A stretch of 64,000 nucleotides of DNA. It comes from Dimorphilus gyrociliatus (taxonomy: Eukaryota > Animalia > Annelida). Below, one piece after another: positions 13,801-26,900 of the stretch. Below the pieces are notes generated by a model that did not search any database, had not been told where the DNA came from, and saw nothing but the letters and a program-made list of their open reading frames with translations. The stretch's first letter is position 1, and each line of letters opens with the position of its first letter. The position numbers and the translations under genes were made by a program. The DNA lies in the NCBI GenBank assembly GCA_904063045.1, contig CAJFCJ010000007.1:1508873-1572872 (forward strand), in the 5' to 3' direction.

Positions 13801-15749
13801 TAACATCAAGTTCAAATCTTCTGGTATATCGAAAATCAGGATCCACGCCATTCTTGTGTAGTACAATTTGTACTATGCATTCTTCAATCAATTTATAATA
13901 TTGGGGCCTAATAAAAATATCATATATATTTTTAAAAAGATAATTTTTAAATTATATACCTGATAGCTTCGTCGTCGCGAATCATTAACAAATGCTGTAA
14001 AATAGAGACAAAATATGGCTCTGAAGGAGTATCTCTCACAGTTTCCGTTAGCAATTGGGAAATTTGCTCGGGATCAGTATTTAAGAGTTAAGAATTTTAC
14101 GATAAAAAATTTTAAACTACTTAATCATAAAAATCAACAAAAGGATATTTTAATTCCTCCATGACACCCTGGGCTCTAGTTGCATAGTCTTCTGCGTCTT
14201 CATTTCTAACCCCTACGAAACCCTGAATTTGAGTTTGAATGTCTTTGTGATAGCAGTCAATTTTCTTTTCAGCAGTATCCATATACTCCCTAAGACCATA
14301 TCGATAGAATTCATTCCTGAGATGAACACGAAAATCCAAATCTTCAGCATAAGTAATCAAGCAGTTAATGAGTTGGAGGCAAACGGTCTAAAGGTGATAT
14401 TGAAACATATGTAGATTACTTAAACTATCGTTTAATGGGCAGATTTCTTACTGTAAGAGTAGCATTCTCCGGCTTTAGAGTTAGGCCTTCAATTATCGGT
14501 GTAAATCTTGGTTTTTTCGTTGTCATACTGCAATCTGTCAGACCGGCCAATACTTTTCTATGCCTGCGGGAAGAAAGAAGTCAAAATTTGTTGTTAAGTG
14601 CTTCTTTAGGGACCTACCCTGAAGGAGGGACTATACAAAAGACAGATATTAGTCTTACGGCTTCCAGCATACAATTTGCATCGTGAGGATCAACGGCTCG
14701 GCATATGAGGTTTATTGCTTCGTCATTATTCAAAACATCAGTCAGACCTATCTGATTGTTCAGAATACATCCTATTACTATGGAGAATAAGATAAATATT
14801 TGCAAATGCTTACTTTATTATTACTGTACGATTTCAGAGCTTTTAGGCATTCCAGTAGAATAGGTTTATAATTTTCAAAATCTTGAAAGCTGAGTCAAAA
14901 ATATTACATTTTAGACAATCAGAATTATATGACACAACATCGTTACCTCCTTGAGTAAACATTTTCCATTTGTTTTAAAACTGTAGATAAGCCACCCAGA
15001 TTTTTAAACTTTTCGATAGATTCCAACGGACTACTACGTAAAGTAACAGCTGTTTCTCTAAGCAAGGTTTCCCGTCTTTTCAGATCTAGATTAGGATTCT
15101 CTAGCTCCTCTACGAAACTGCTAACATCCTGATGTTGTTGTCGCTGAATAGACAAAATAAAAAAATAAGTGATTTCCTTATTTCTAAAATCATTACTAAT
15201 TGCAAACTTACTGCATAATGACTAATCACGATTTGCCTCATTGTCTCTTCTTTAAACTTTTTGTCATCGTAGTTTATGTTCATGCTCTCCTATAAATGAT
15301 TACGCTTATCAGTGTCAAAGAAAAATGTATAATAATGGACTATCATAAAAGCTATCCATAATAGTGGTAATATTTTAATAACGTATAGTTTACCATAGCC
15401 TGTTTGAATTTCTTTTCCAATTCTTTTTTATCCATACTTTTTATCCAATCAGGATTAACGGAAGGCAAAGATTCTGTACTTATATGGCTTTGTTTGTGCT
15501 TGGTCTTCGATTTACCAATTGTCCCAATTTGAAGCTGTAAAATAAAATTTTAGTTTAGTTTGCACTTAACTATAATAAATTAAAAATCTCAAATAAGATA
15601 ATTATAGTCGCATTTTCAACCTCTTTCTCATCATCAAAACTTTTTTTACTACTGCGACTGTTATTGCTATACATAGAACTTAATCTTCCTAAAATAGACC
15701 CAGAAGAAAACACTGAGGAACGCCTAGTCAGTTTGCGTTTTGTTGTCAT
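10888..15749 (-). CDS. DIAPH: Diaphanous-related formin (GBD/FH3, FH1 polyproline, FH2, DAD); ~17-20 exons
   Basis: FH3 (LRVHLRNEF-like DLDFRVHLRNEF), poly-Pro FH1 at 13190-13450, FH2 (LLKLHWDK, LEAILYIGNYVNSGS, GFHIKYL), DAD-like NIIDNLQDLLNTGAIFQ followed by basic RERKKR. Start MTTKRKLTRRSS; end LLQKLKEL*. Confidence 0.93.
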
Positions 15750-16944
15750 GATGTACAGCTTATGCTACTCTAAACGATCCAGAGAGCAAATGTAAACCAA
15801 ATTATTAATTATGTCTTTAGTGGCCGATTGTAGGCCTCTAAGGTAATATATACTACATCCGTTAGCTATCATCAGTTATAGAGGGAGAGAAATTCCCTGA
15901 CTATTTACTGCATATAACGGAAAAAACTTACGAAGCTGCTCGGTCGTTTCTTGTCCATAGTTCCTCGTATGTATGTTTAGTATTTGAAATCAATATCTGA
16001 AATTGGATAAAAACACGTCATATTAAACAATTGATAAATACTATAAAAAATATTATCGAAACATATAAAAATAAGTCAAATATACGACCGTATTGAACTA
16101 TGTAAGCTACTATAATACTTTTCTCCAACATGATTAGATAAGATCATAATACATCTACATTGTTTTGTTAAAACTTAATTACCTGCCGTTTAAAATTTTA
16201 AAAAATAATTCATTACTTTTTACAATAATATAGTAATTAAGATACTATAATTTTTTGATTTAAAAAACACTGTACTACCAAAGAACGATGATTAAGGAGA
16301 ATTTGAGGAATCGATTCACTGAGAAAATGTAGGAGGTCATGAGTCGATTAAGTTGTTAATTATAAGTGCCAAAGTTTTATACTTTTTCGCTGATCAACTA
16401 TTTATTCCAAATAGGAAATCACACGTAAAATATTAATAAATTCGAACTTTCCAAAGCAAATAAGCGTTACGAACAAGACGAAAGGTATCAAAAGGCGGTT
16501 TGAAATTTTTTAGATTCCTAATTTAAATATGGCGCTTTCAATGTTAACGGCCGCCATGATTTAAATTAAGTTAGGCGAAAAGTTGCTTCATAGTCTGAAT
16601 GTAAACTTTTACTTGTATGGAAGTCGGTGTGCTGCGACAAATGGCGAGCTAAATTTAGAATGTGAATACTGACCAGGCAATGCTTATTTTCGCGCGATTC
16701 ATTTCATCGTCTTAAGATATGTCAAGCTATGTAAATAATCGGATTTCTATTAAGTGTCTGTCCATGAAATAATTCCATTGGTAAATTTATTGACTTTTAC
16801 ATGAAGCTACGAAGAGAAGTCAGATTGTTGATAAAAAGTCATATTAGTGGACATCTGTTGAGATCAATAAACTAGTGAGTATAAAAGGGGCTCTCAATGA
16901 TCTTTTGTACGATATTTTATGTATTGTTCAGTTGATGAAGCTCA

Positions 16945-17841
16945 ATGAGACTCAAACGTCGGACATTGCTTTTTCTTTTTGTAATTTTAATAATAACAAC
17001 GACATGTTATCTGGCTTTATATCCCTTGGAAAGTCAAGAACAGTCAATGAAAACGAAAAGCTTTATGAACAGCTCTGATTCTCATCACTTAGCTGTTATT
17101 GTGCCATTTCGGAAAGCTTTTGACGAACTACAGGCTTTTTTGCCGCATATGGATAAATATTTGAGAAACAAGAACATAGATCATACGATTTACATTATAA
17201 ATCAAGCTGATAATTTAAGGTTTAATCGGGCGTCACTTATAAACGCAGCCTGGCACGAAATCAGGAAAGAAGGAAAAGCCGATTATTTAGTTATGCATGA
17301 TGTAGATTTACTTCCTTTAAACAAAGATTTGCCCTACGGATATCCCCGCAAGGACGACGTTGTTGTCCACGTAGCCTCTCCACAATATCATCCTCGCTAT
17401 CATTATAAAAAGTTTATTGGTGGAATTCTTTTGATGAAGCTGAAAACTTATGAGCTAGTGGATGGTATGTCGAACAGATTTTGGGGATGGGGACAGGAAG
17501 ATGACGAACTATTTGTTCGACTTCGAGAAAAAAATATCCAAATTCTTCGACCAAATAATTTAACAACTACTGATCAGAATACGTTTTTGCACTTACACGA
17601 CAAAATAAAACGACCAAGAGACGGTTTAAAAATTGGCGAGCAAAAGATAGAAACGAGGAGACGTGATAGGATAACTGGCTTACACGATGTTTCCTATGAA
17701 GTCGAAGAACGACGAATATTGAATATCGATAAAGCTCAAGCGACAGTGATTAATGTTAAATTACACTGCGATATTAAAGGGACGCCCTGGTGTATGATAC
17801 CTACGAAAGGGCCTTCGAAAGGGAAAGCTCCAAGAGCCTAG
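16945..17841 (+). CDS. B4GALT7: Xylosylprotein beta-1,4-galactosyltransferase (galactosyltransferase I of the GAG linker), intronless CDS
   Basis: Type II TM anchor; LAVIVPFR, RFNRASLIN, MHDVDLLP, GGILL, GMSNRFWGWGQEDDE, HLHD and terminal PWC match B4GALT7. Confidence 0.95.
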   Translation: MRLKRRTLLFLFVILIITTTCYLALYPLESQEQSMKTKSFMNSSDSHHLAVIVPFRKAFDELQAFLPHMDKYLRNKNIDHTIYIINQADNLRFNRASLINAAWHEIRKEGKADYLVMHDVDLLPLNKDLPYGYPRKDDVVVHVASPQYHPRYHYKKFIGGILLMKLKTYELVDGMSNRFWGWGQEDDELFVRLREKNIQILRPNNLTTTDQNTFLHLHDKIKRPRDGLKIGEQKIETRRRDRITGLHDVSYEVEERRILNIDKAQATVINVKLHCDIKGTPWCMIPTKGPSKGKAPRA

Positions 17842-18685
17842 GCAAAATATTTTCGTAAGGTGCTATTTTTAATGAAATCAAGTCAATTCTTTATCTTGAA
17901 TTATATATTATATTAAATCAAAAGTCATTTGGATATCATAATAATTGTTATATTATATATTATTTTGAAAATAAAGCTAAATTCTGTCTTAGAAGAGTAT
18001 TAATTTGTTAGTTTGTGTAAGTAATAAACAGTATTTATCACTTTTAGCTAATGGCTTATAATAGGATTCGCTAATTATCTATGTCCTATTATAAATATAA
18101 CTGTTTGCTCATATATACAATATATATATATATACATTTAAATATGTGTATACATACTGATGCCCATCTAAAAATTTATACTGCAAATGTATAAACCCCC
18201 ATCTGTACAAATATGAATGCGCTACTACATGAATACTTTACAAGATTTATTACTTTCATAAGACATTTAATAGTTCCAGTAAAAAAATGAATGAAAATAG
18301 GTTGCCTGTGGGATAAATAAAGTTAGTGAATATTTTCAATCGGTAACCAATTCTGTAGAATTCGTTTAGATTTAACTAGGAAGAATAATTTTCTTTACAA
18401 AGGAAGCGTTTAAAATTCTACCATACACTAGAAAACATACAACTTAAAAACATCGGCCAACAGTATAGAACTCTGTTAACAAAAAGAATAGGCTAAAGCT
18501 TTTACTATTGAAATTCACCTCGTGTCATATAAACATTAGGAATACAGTTTATTAGTATATGTAGTTTACGACATGAATTACGTGTTTCTCTCCGTTGTAT
18601 GTTTATACTAAATGTATCTCAAACAGATTAGCACTTAAATAATTTCTAATGGAATTTAAAATATTAACTATAATTTCTTAAGAAA

Positions 18686-20657
18686 ATGTTTTTTAAATTG
18701 ACTTGGTTAACTGTGAGTATGAATACTTTACCTACTGTAGCTACTTTAACTTTGCTTTTCAATAAATATGTAATGACTAGTTGGTTTATTTTACATCTCT
18801 AATAACGAGTTCTAATGGGGCGTCAAATTCTTCTACTCTTGTCTCAAAAACTACAGGTAACAGAGTGAAAAACTTACTCTGAATAGTACTAATACTCTGA
18901 TAAAAACAATAGTGTCACAGTCAATTACTTCCTATGGAGAGGTCTCTTCAACAGTTACTCAAAATCCCCCGACTACTGAGTCATATGAAAGTAGTTCAAA
19001 TACAGTAGTTACACCGGAACTAGGTGATACTACGAGTTGGAATGAGAAGACGACGGAGTCGGTGACTACGGCAGAGTCGAAAGTAGCGACAAAGTTAACC
19101 TCGACAGGAGTGATAAAGTCGACTACAAAGTTAAACTTGACTACACAGCCTCCGTCGACGTCCCAAATTAGTAGTAGAAGTACTGCTCAACTAAATCTGA
19201 CAACGGCGAAGGTGCCGACTGCTCAGTTGAACTCTACTGCAAATTGGACAATAACGACGCAATCGACTGCAAAGTCAAATCTGACAACGGCGAAGAGGCC
19301 GACTACTCAATTGAACTCTACTACAACGTCGGAATCGATTTCAAAATTAAACTCGACTACACAGTCTCCGTCGACGTCCCAAATTAGTAATTTAAGTACT
19401 GCTCAACCAGGAATAATATCTACAAGAAATGTAGATACCACTACGCTTGGAAAAACTACAGCATCAGGCCAGGATAAATCTGACAAGGGAACAGAAGCAG
19501 GACCAAATATACAACATATTCTAATTGGAACTATTACAACAATATGTATTTTGTTAGTTTTTATATCAATAATGATATTTATATACTTTAAGAAACTTAG
19601 GACAACACCGACAGAAAAGATAAGAACAAGGTAAGTTTTAGAATATATTTTTTTGTAAATGTCAATTTATATTATTTACTTTTATAGTCGTCCTATATTG
19701 GCAAGAGATTTTGTTAATCATGTTTATGAATTCTCGAGGGATAGTAACCTAAAATTTTTTGAAGACTACGGTAATTTTAAACTTGCAAAAGAGAACGCAA
19801 AAAGTTTCATTAAGGCTGCAGAGTTACCTGTTAATCGGCCAAAAAATCGTTTCACAAACGTTCTAGCTTATGACGACACTCGCGTAAGGCTTTCATCCGT
19901 TGATGGAGAGGAAGGATCCGATTATATAAACGCAAATTATGTACCGGGCTATTCTATGAGGAGGGAATACATAGCAACTCAGGGGCCTCTACCCGGAACG
20001 ACTGACGACTTCTGGCGAATGATTTGGGAGCAGAAATGTCGGGTTATAGTTATGATGACAAAATTTAAAGAAAAAAATGTGGAAAAATGTTACAATTATA
20101 TGCCTCAAGATGATGAACCTGTAGCACGTGGTGATTTAGAAATTGTTGTGTTGCCAAACGGAATTTCTCAAGAAGACAATTATATAGTTACTCGTCTTCG
20201 TTTGTCTTTGGGATGCCAGGAGAGAATAATCACTCACTTCAACTATCTCGATTGGCTAGATAAAACCGCCCCTTCAAATTATGATAAAGTAATCAAATTT
20301 GTTACAATTGTGAGAGAAGAAGCAAGTAGGTTTTTTGTTGGTAGAGACCAATCCGGACCCGTTTGCGTTCATTGTTCAGCAGGTGTGGGAAGAACGGGAT
20401 CTTTCATAGTCCTTGATCGGTGTTTACAGCAACTTAGGGATAATCCAAAGTTGAATATAACAATTGATATTTATGGCATGGTGTGGGAAATGCGCCAATA
20501 CAGATGTCTTCTTGTTCAAACTGATGACCAGTACGCACTCGTTCATAATTGTGTTGCCTATGCTATTGAAACAGGATATCATAAGCATTTATCAACTGGA
20601 GATCAGAATAATTCTGTATTTATAAATGGAAGTTTTACAATGAATGGAGATTTTTAA
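18686..20657 (+). CDS. Receptor-type tyrosine phosphatase, R3/PTP10D-type catalytic domain with a Ser/Thr-rich mucin-like ectodomain; 4 exons (~18686-18712, 18781-18856, 18913-19630, 19688-20657)
   Basis: Signal peptide MFFKLTWLTLVYFTSLITSSNG, ~240 aa Thr/Ser-rich stalk, TM ILIGTITTICILLVFISIMIFIYF, then SRPILARDF...RPKNRFTNVLAYD, DYINANY, IATQGPL, HCSAGVGRTG, QTDDQY. One PTP domain only. Confidence 0.88.
19118..19410 (+). repeat. Interleaved coding duplications within the RPTP mucin stalk
   Basis: actacacagcctccgtcgacgtcccaaattagta...agtactgctcaac (~19140-19190) recurs at ~19356-19407. aaatctgacaacggcgaag...ccgact.ctca.ttgaactctact (~19194) recurs at ~19278. Confidence 0.85.
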
Positions 20658-20912
20658 ACTCATTCTCTGAAGTCTTTATAGTTAATATTCCGCTTTGGTT
20701 CCGAATGGAACTCAATCTGTTTATTTGAAAGGAAGGTTAAATTATTTACTTTTCCCGATTTAAAACTGTAATCAAAGGACGTTTTTTTTTTAATGTAAAT
20801 AATACATGACAGAAAAGAACATGCAACTAAATGAATGAGTTATTCATTTTAAGTTTAATTAAAAATTTGTTATTTTAAATAGTCTTTATATGGCTTAACG
20901 GGATGAATATTT

Positions 20913-23900
20913 TTACATTAAACTTTCTTCGTTCGGAAGACTACTAAAAGCAGCAGCTTCTTCAAATTCCTCCTTCAATTCCATCTGTCTTTTCGCTTCT
21001 TTTTCTAATTTACGAGCTAATATGTTCTCTCTAGTATGACGTACCAGGAAGGATAAATCATTTTGAAGTAGTCCTGTATTATTATCGTTTGAATTGTCAT
21101 TTCCTACTAGAACTAGAGCCCTATTCAGAGGAAAGAATTCATAGTTCTGTTTTTCGAGCATTTTCTTTACGTGCAGATCAAGAGCGGTATACTCATTGCG
21201 TTTCGTTTCTTCTAAATATATAAAGTATTGTATATATGTCCAAAGATAGTGTTCATTTTTAACATGATAAGAAAAACCTTTACCAAAATGCTCAAACTCG
21301 TAACTATTTCGATTACAAATGAAACACACTTCGTTCATGTCCTTCTCCGCTCTCCACTTTAAATCCCTAAGTTCACTGAAGGTATCGACAATGATACCGA
21401 AGGCAATATTAAGGCCTATTGTTGTAAAGAAGATAAAAAATATTACATGATAGATTGTTAAATAAGTGAAATTCACAAAATTATTCTCCAATGTGTGCCT
21501 TTTCAAATTTTCATTGATATCTCCGATAACACCATAACGAATTAGGGTGACAGTACACTCATACAAAGTTCTACAATATAGCTCATTTGTTGGATCGAAA
21601 GAACTTCGGAAAAAAGCAAAACCGATTAAAGCGTATATATAGAGGAAAATCGAAGCCATCAAAGCTACACCAAGTAACGAACGACCGTTCTGAGTCACTG
21701 CAGTTATAATTCCCTTTAACATCTCACTGAAGGTAACAACGTGTAAGAGATGAATTGAGAAGAAATAACCATAATATATTGTTCCGAAAGCTGACATAAC
21801 TAGCAGAAATCCGTAGTATATAGTTTCAAAACTGATTAATTTTTTCACAGATTTTTGACTTTTCTTTCCATCAATAACTTCTAAATCGTCTATTTCATCG
21901 ACATTTTCTCTTTTTTTAACGAGATTACTAAATGTATCACATGTAGGGAATTCTAAATTGTTACTTATAAAGTATGTAATAAAAACAAGAATCATAAAAA
22001 CATTATGAGTAATTGCTAAAGTCCAAAATGTTATTGAATAAGCGTCTTTTGACATTGTAATAACAGGCTCTGAACTGCAAACATATTCTTTTTCAGTAAT
22101 CTTTTATACAATTAAAATCCGATAACTCACTCGTAAACGACACTAGGTATAGCTGTGGCTCCCGACGGAATGTTTTCAGCAGAACCACTTGCCCTCCAAA
22201 ATATAAGCATCAAAATATTTATAGCCAAACTTAAAAAGAATACTATGTAATTCCACCATCGTCTGCAGAATTAAAAACTATAATTTAAATCGCATCTTAT
22301 ATGGAAAATGCTATCTAAATAATTAATAATTACGATTTGCCCACAATAAATTTTGTAAAGGCTGAGGAGAGAATCCGTTTACGATAATTAATATCATTTA
22401 TTATAATAGTTGACCATCTCATGAAATCCCTTATCTTATTACCGGGTGAAGATCTGTCGATATTCCATTTTAACTGCTCTTTTATATCTTCTCGAATAAA
22501 ATCCTTGTATAAGAGGATAAAAACGATTTAATGTTAACCTATGAAAAGAATACTTTAAACCAACTTCTGCCGGTTTCCGGAAGTAGACTTTTTGTAGTAA
22601 ATCATCCTTTATAATTTCAATTGAACGAGTGTTCTTACGAAAATATTTCAATGCTCTTATCTCATTCTCCGGGCACTTTGATTGAATGCCTAGAAAAAAA
22701 ATCGAAAGACATTATATAATCATAGTATTACTAAATTAGGTAGAACGAACGATTTATTCTATCCGGATCTACGTCCATCATCCGAGCATAGACAAAATAG
22801 TAATGGAAACCAACGTTTTTTGCTAGATCCTTTTTCATTTTATACCCCTGTCTATCAGAATTAAAATACCACCAGCTTTCTCTATGCAAGTCGTAGCACT
22901 GGCATATTAACTTCATAACAGCCTCGAGATCCAAACTAACGCATACATCCTGTATTAAATCCAACACTTTTTAATGTAATAGTTATATTTAAGGGTTAAA
23001 TAACAATAAAAAACCTTAGCAACGCTATGAATTTCTGAATTTTCTTCTGTCATTGAAATTAAAAGATCTGCGACAGCTTTCTGCAGTTCCAGCGATTGAG
23101 CGATTGTTGAGTCGTCAACGATTCCTAACCGTAAGATGTAATTTAGATATTCAATAGCCTTGTTGTCCAGTAGCACAATTCGATTCTCGTTGTTACCCTG
23201 ATTTTTTGGAAAGCCTATAGTTTTCATGATTTTTCCAATAAATTCATTAGCAAAAACTATTGTGTATGTTTGTACTTAATGAATGTATTATTATATTTCT
23301 TATTGCGTATTTGATATTTAAACTTACGGCGGTCATTTCATTAAGTGTCGAACATAATTGTAGAGCTAAGTCCAGATTAGAGCCATTTAAATGGGTATAA
23401 ATTGTAGCGAAAAAGTGGCATGTATCAGATACGATATTAAATGATCGAACGTTATCTTGCTGATGACGCATGTAATTTTGCATTCCTTCATGTTGTCCAT
23501 CGCAAAAACTGGCTAATACTTGCAGAAGAAGAATAATAGAACGGGTATCTTGCGTGTATTCCTTTTGCATTTTTAATGATTCCTGCCATCGCTGTAACGT
23601 TCCAAACGGATATGTTATTATTTAAGGGAGTCTAGAGTGTTTTTATTTTCTTTTTATTAAATAGATTTCTAATAGATGGAAAAATATACCGTTCCCTCTT
23701 CAATTTCCTCATTTGTTGATTGGGGTAGGGGTCCAACCCTTTTTAACTTATTCAACTGTGACTTTATGCGAGTGGTAAATGGTTGTGCTTCAGAAGCGGA
23801 ACGTTGCCTTTCAACGTCTAAAGCCGTCATTAGATTTAAGGGATTTTCTGAAATTTTTTTCTTCCTTTGCAAGAGGCGTCTAATAACGACAATGATACAT

Positions 23901-26900
23901 AAACAATAATCATACTCTATCTCTAAATAGCTATTGTATAAAAATAAATAACCGTTCTTTCATTAGTTCTGACTCTTCAGTAAACAGCTCTCTGATGACA
24001 GAGAAGAAGACTTCATCCTTAGTGCCTTGGAAGAAAGTTAAGGCTGCATCTTGCGCTTTAGCATTGGCATTATAGCATATGAACGACATCAAAGCAACAA
24101 TTTCACGTATGATACTCTTTTTACGACAGTGCATTAGCGTCATTAAAACCTGAATAAGATCGTTCTCGATATAAAAGTCTTGTAATTCACGTAGCTTTTG
24201 TAGCATGCTAGAATAAATAAAAAAAAATTATCTTTAGATAGGGATGGGAGAGAGAGAGAGATAGGGATTTAATAAAGAAGTCACTGTAACACATTTGCGT
24301 CTACTTTACTTACACTTTGTAAGTGGCTAGCAGGCGATCTCTTTGACTATCAGGCATTAATACTATCTTATTGTGCAAAGACGCTCGAAGAATTTGAAGG
24401 CAGTGAATAATCAAGTCATCATTTACCAATTCGTTCTTTTGCTCCTTAGCGACTTGAGCCGAATGCCTAATCAGGCAAAATGCCAAATGTATTAAACGTA
24501 CTTCTTAATTAGGGTTTACAAACTTTAGATAACATATAACCAATAAGCAATCGTTGTATTTTAAATTAGTTTTCGTTTCTTTCCGATCTATAAATACTGT
24601 AACTTGCAATTGAAATCCTTCGAAGAGAGGTAATGACCACGGGGCACTATCTGGGATATACGCTTTGTTCCGTAATTTATCTTTTACAGGTCCTATTTGA
24701 GCTTGGCAAGTATTTGGTTTCTCCAACAGCAATCTACAGTTTGATGAAAAAATTTGTAGCTGTTTGTTGAGCGATATTTCTCTTGTGTGAGCTAATAAAG
24801 TTTCTGTGTTCATCTAGAGGTATACCGTGAGAGTTAGAAATTAATATGCATATCAGTCATAACAAAGAATCATATACTCGTCTGATCATGGGGGGACTTT
24901 TTGCTTTAGTAATCCTCGCTTTTACAGCCTCAATTTGCTTTTATTAGTAATTAAGATTAGCAGTGACTATAAATAGAATAATCTCAATAGTGAAAGTAGG
25001 CTTACCTGTTCATCATATCCAACTTTAAGCATGATAGCTTTAGATAAATTTTGTAGTTTTTTTACAGACATTCCAAGTTGAGCATTTGCAACCAAGGGCA
25101 CAAGAATCTAATGTAAATAAAGAAATGACAAACACGCTTTATCAAGCGAGAAAACTCTCTCGATGACACTACACTTTGGCACAAGGCAAGTAACCGTCAA
25201 TTATCTTTTTTGCAAATGTTTACTTACTAAAATATTTGGAACAGCTTTCCTAATAACGTTATGTTCATCGTCATAGTGAATCCTATCTTTATGATATCTA
25301 TGTAGGAAGGTTTGCAAAAACGGCAATATCGTTTCTATGAAATACATAACTTTCTCTTGTAGCCCGCTCGAATCCTTCCTGTCACTGTTTATTGTATCCC
25401 TTGTTTATTCATCTGTTTATTTCTTAATACGGCATGTAAACTCAGAATATATATTTTTTATGTTCTTTACAAATAGTTACTTCCTAATGCCAAAATATTT
25501 CTATATAAACAAACTAACTAATAGACATCAAATTTTTTATTAAAGCGCTATTTTAGCATCAAATTTAATAATTATAAAAAATAGAATTACTGTGAATGTA
25601 AAGAACAAAAAAAAAAGATATTTCTGAAGTTTTTAATGCTTTTTAATGTTTTTTTCTTTTTAGATAGAAATATATGATAAGGTAACATCTGACCTTTCAT
25701 CTAGTCTGTAAGACAAAGACGAGATTTCTTCTATACTTTTCTCTGCTAAAGCCTTTTCTAGGCTTACAGCTTCGTCCCCTAAATCTTGTACAAACTTCCA
25801 AATAAGCCTATGGAATTAGTGATCATTTATTGCAAGGTTTATACCCGAAAAGTAATCGATCGTATAAGGAGGCAATTACAGAGGGAACTATACGTTCATC
25901 GCAAATCTCTTGCTATTATTCATACGAAAAGCTTAAGTGCAATAGGGCACGCGAAATTCGATATATTTCTTCTGACTAACAATTATGTTACTGTTTGTAT
26001 TGAATGCTCCTGGTTCAAACACGTTTTAATGACACTTTTCTACTTCCTAAACAATCCATTTTTCGCCCTTTACCTAAACAAAGGCACAAATTAAATTCTG
26101 CATAATGATATAATTATCGACAAAACTCGCCAGAGCGCCCTCTAGCGGAAAACTTCGCTTTGCACCACTCTTACTCTCCTGTCTGCCTATCCCTTGTCTA
26201 GTTTGCCTCTGCTCGATAGCGTCGGTGATAAAGGAAATGCAGGCGAAAGTTCTATTAATCTTTTCCTTGCTGACAATTCTCTATGTCACGTCGGCAAAAA
26301 CTCATAAAGGTTTGTATAGTTTACCTAGAACTCGCAAACGAATAAAACATTAGGCACTTTGTTTGAAAGATGATTAACAAAGTGTTCCTAATTTCTGCAG
26401 CTAGATGCGGAAAATGGCAGAACAAAGGTGAATGCAATCTACAAAAAGGGAAAAGTTGTGGTAAAGGATTTCAGTTGCAAGAACGAAAATTAGCCGCTAC
26501 GGCAAAGTGTTCGGAGGCTCCAAAAGAAAGGAAGAGAGTGTGTAAAATTTCTTGCAGGAAAAAAAATAAGAACAATAAAAAACAGAGTTTGACTCTTGAA
26601 GGTAATTCGATATTCCCCTCCTATCGTGCCTTATAATTCTATTTGTAGGTTGCAAGTACGTGACGAAAAGAGCTTCCAGCTGCTTGGAAGAACAGGAATA
26701 CGAATTAGTGAAACATAATTCAACGACTTGTATACCAATGATTAGTAAACTTGTTTCTTGTAAAGGTAAACAAAGAGGGAGGAACAAAAAAGGTCAGTAG
26801 CAAATGTCACTGATTAATTTATGACAAATAGGGAATAAATCCATTATATTTGCTTTATGTGAAATCCGGCCTTGATAAAAAATGTTTTGCAGATATTTGT

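Noticed and set aside
25786-26094. 102-aa plus-strand ORF inside the host intron, upstream of the nested gene
   Set aside because: No recognisable motif or splice support and overlaps a host exon; more likely promoter or enhancer DNA of the nested gene.
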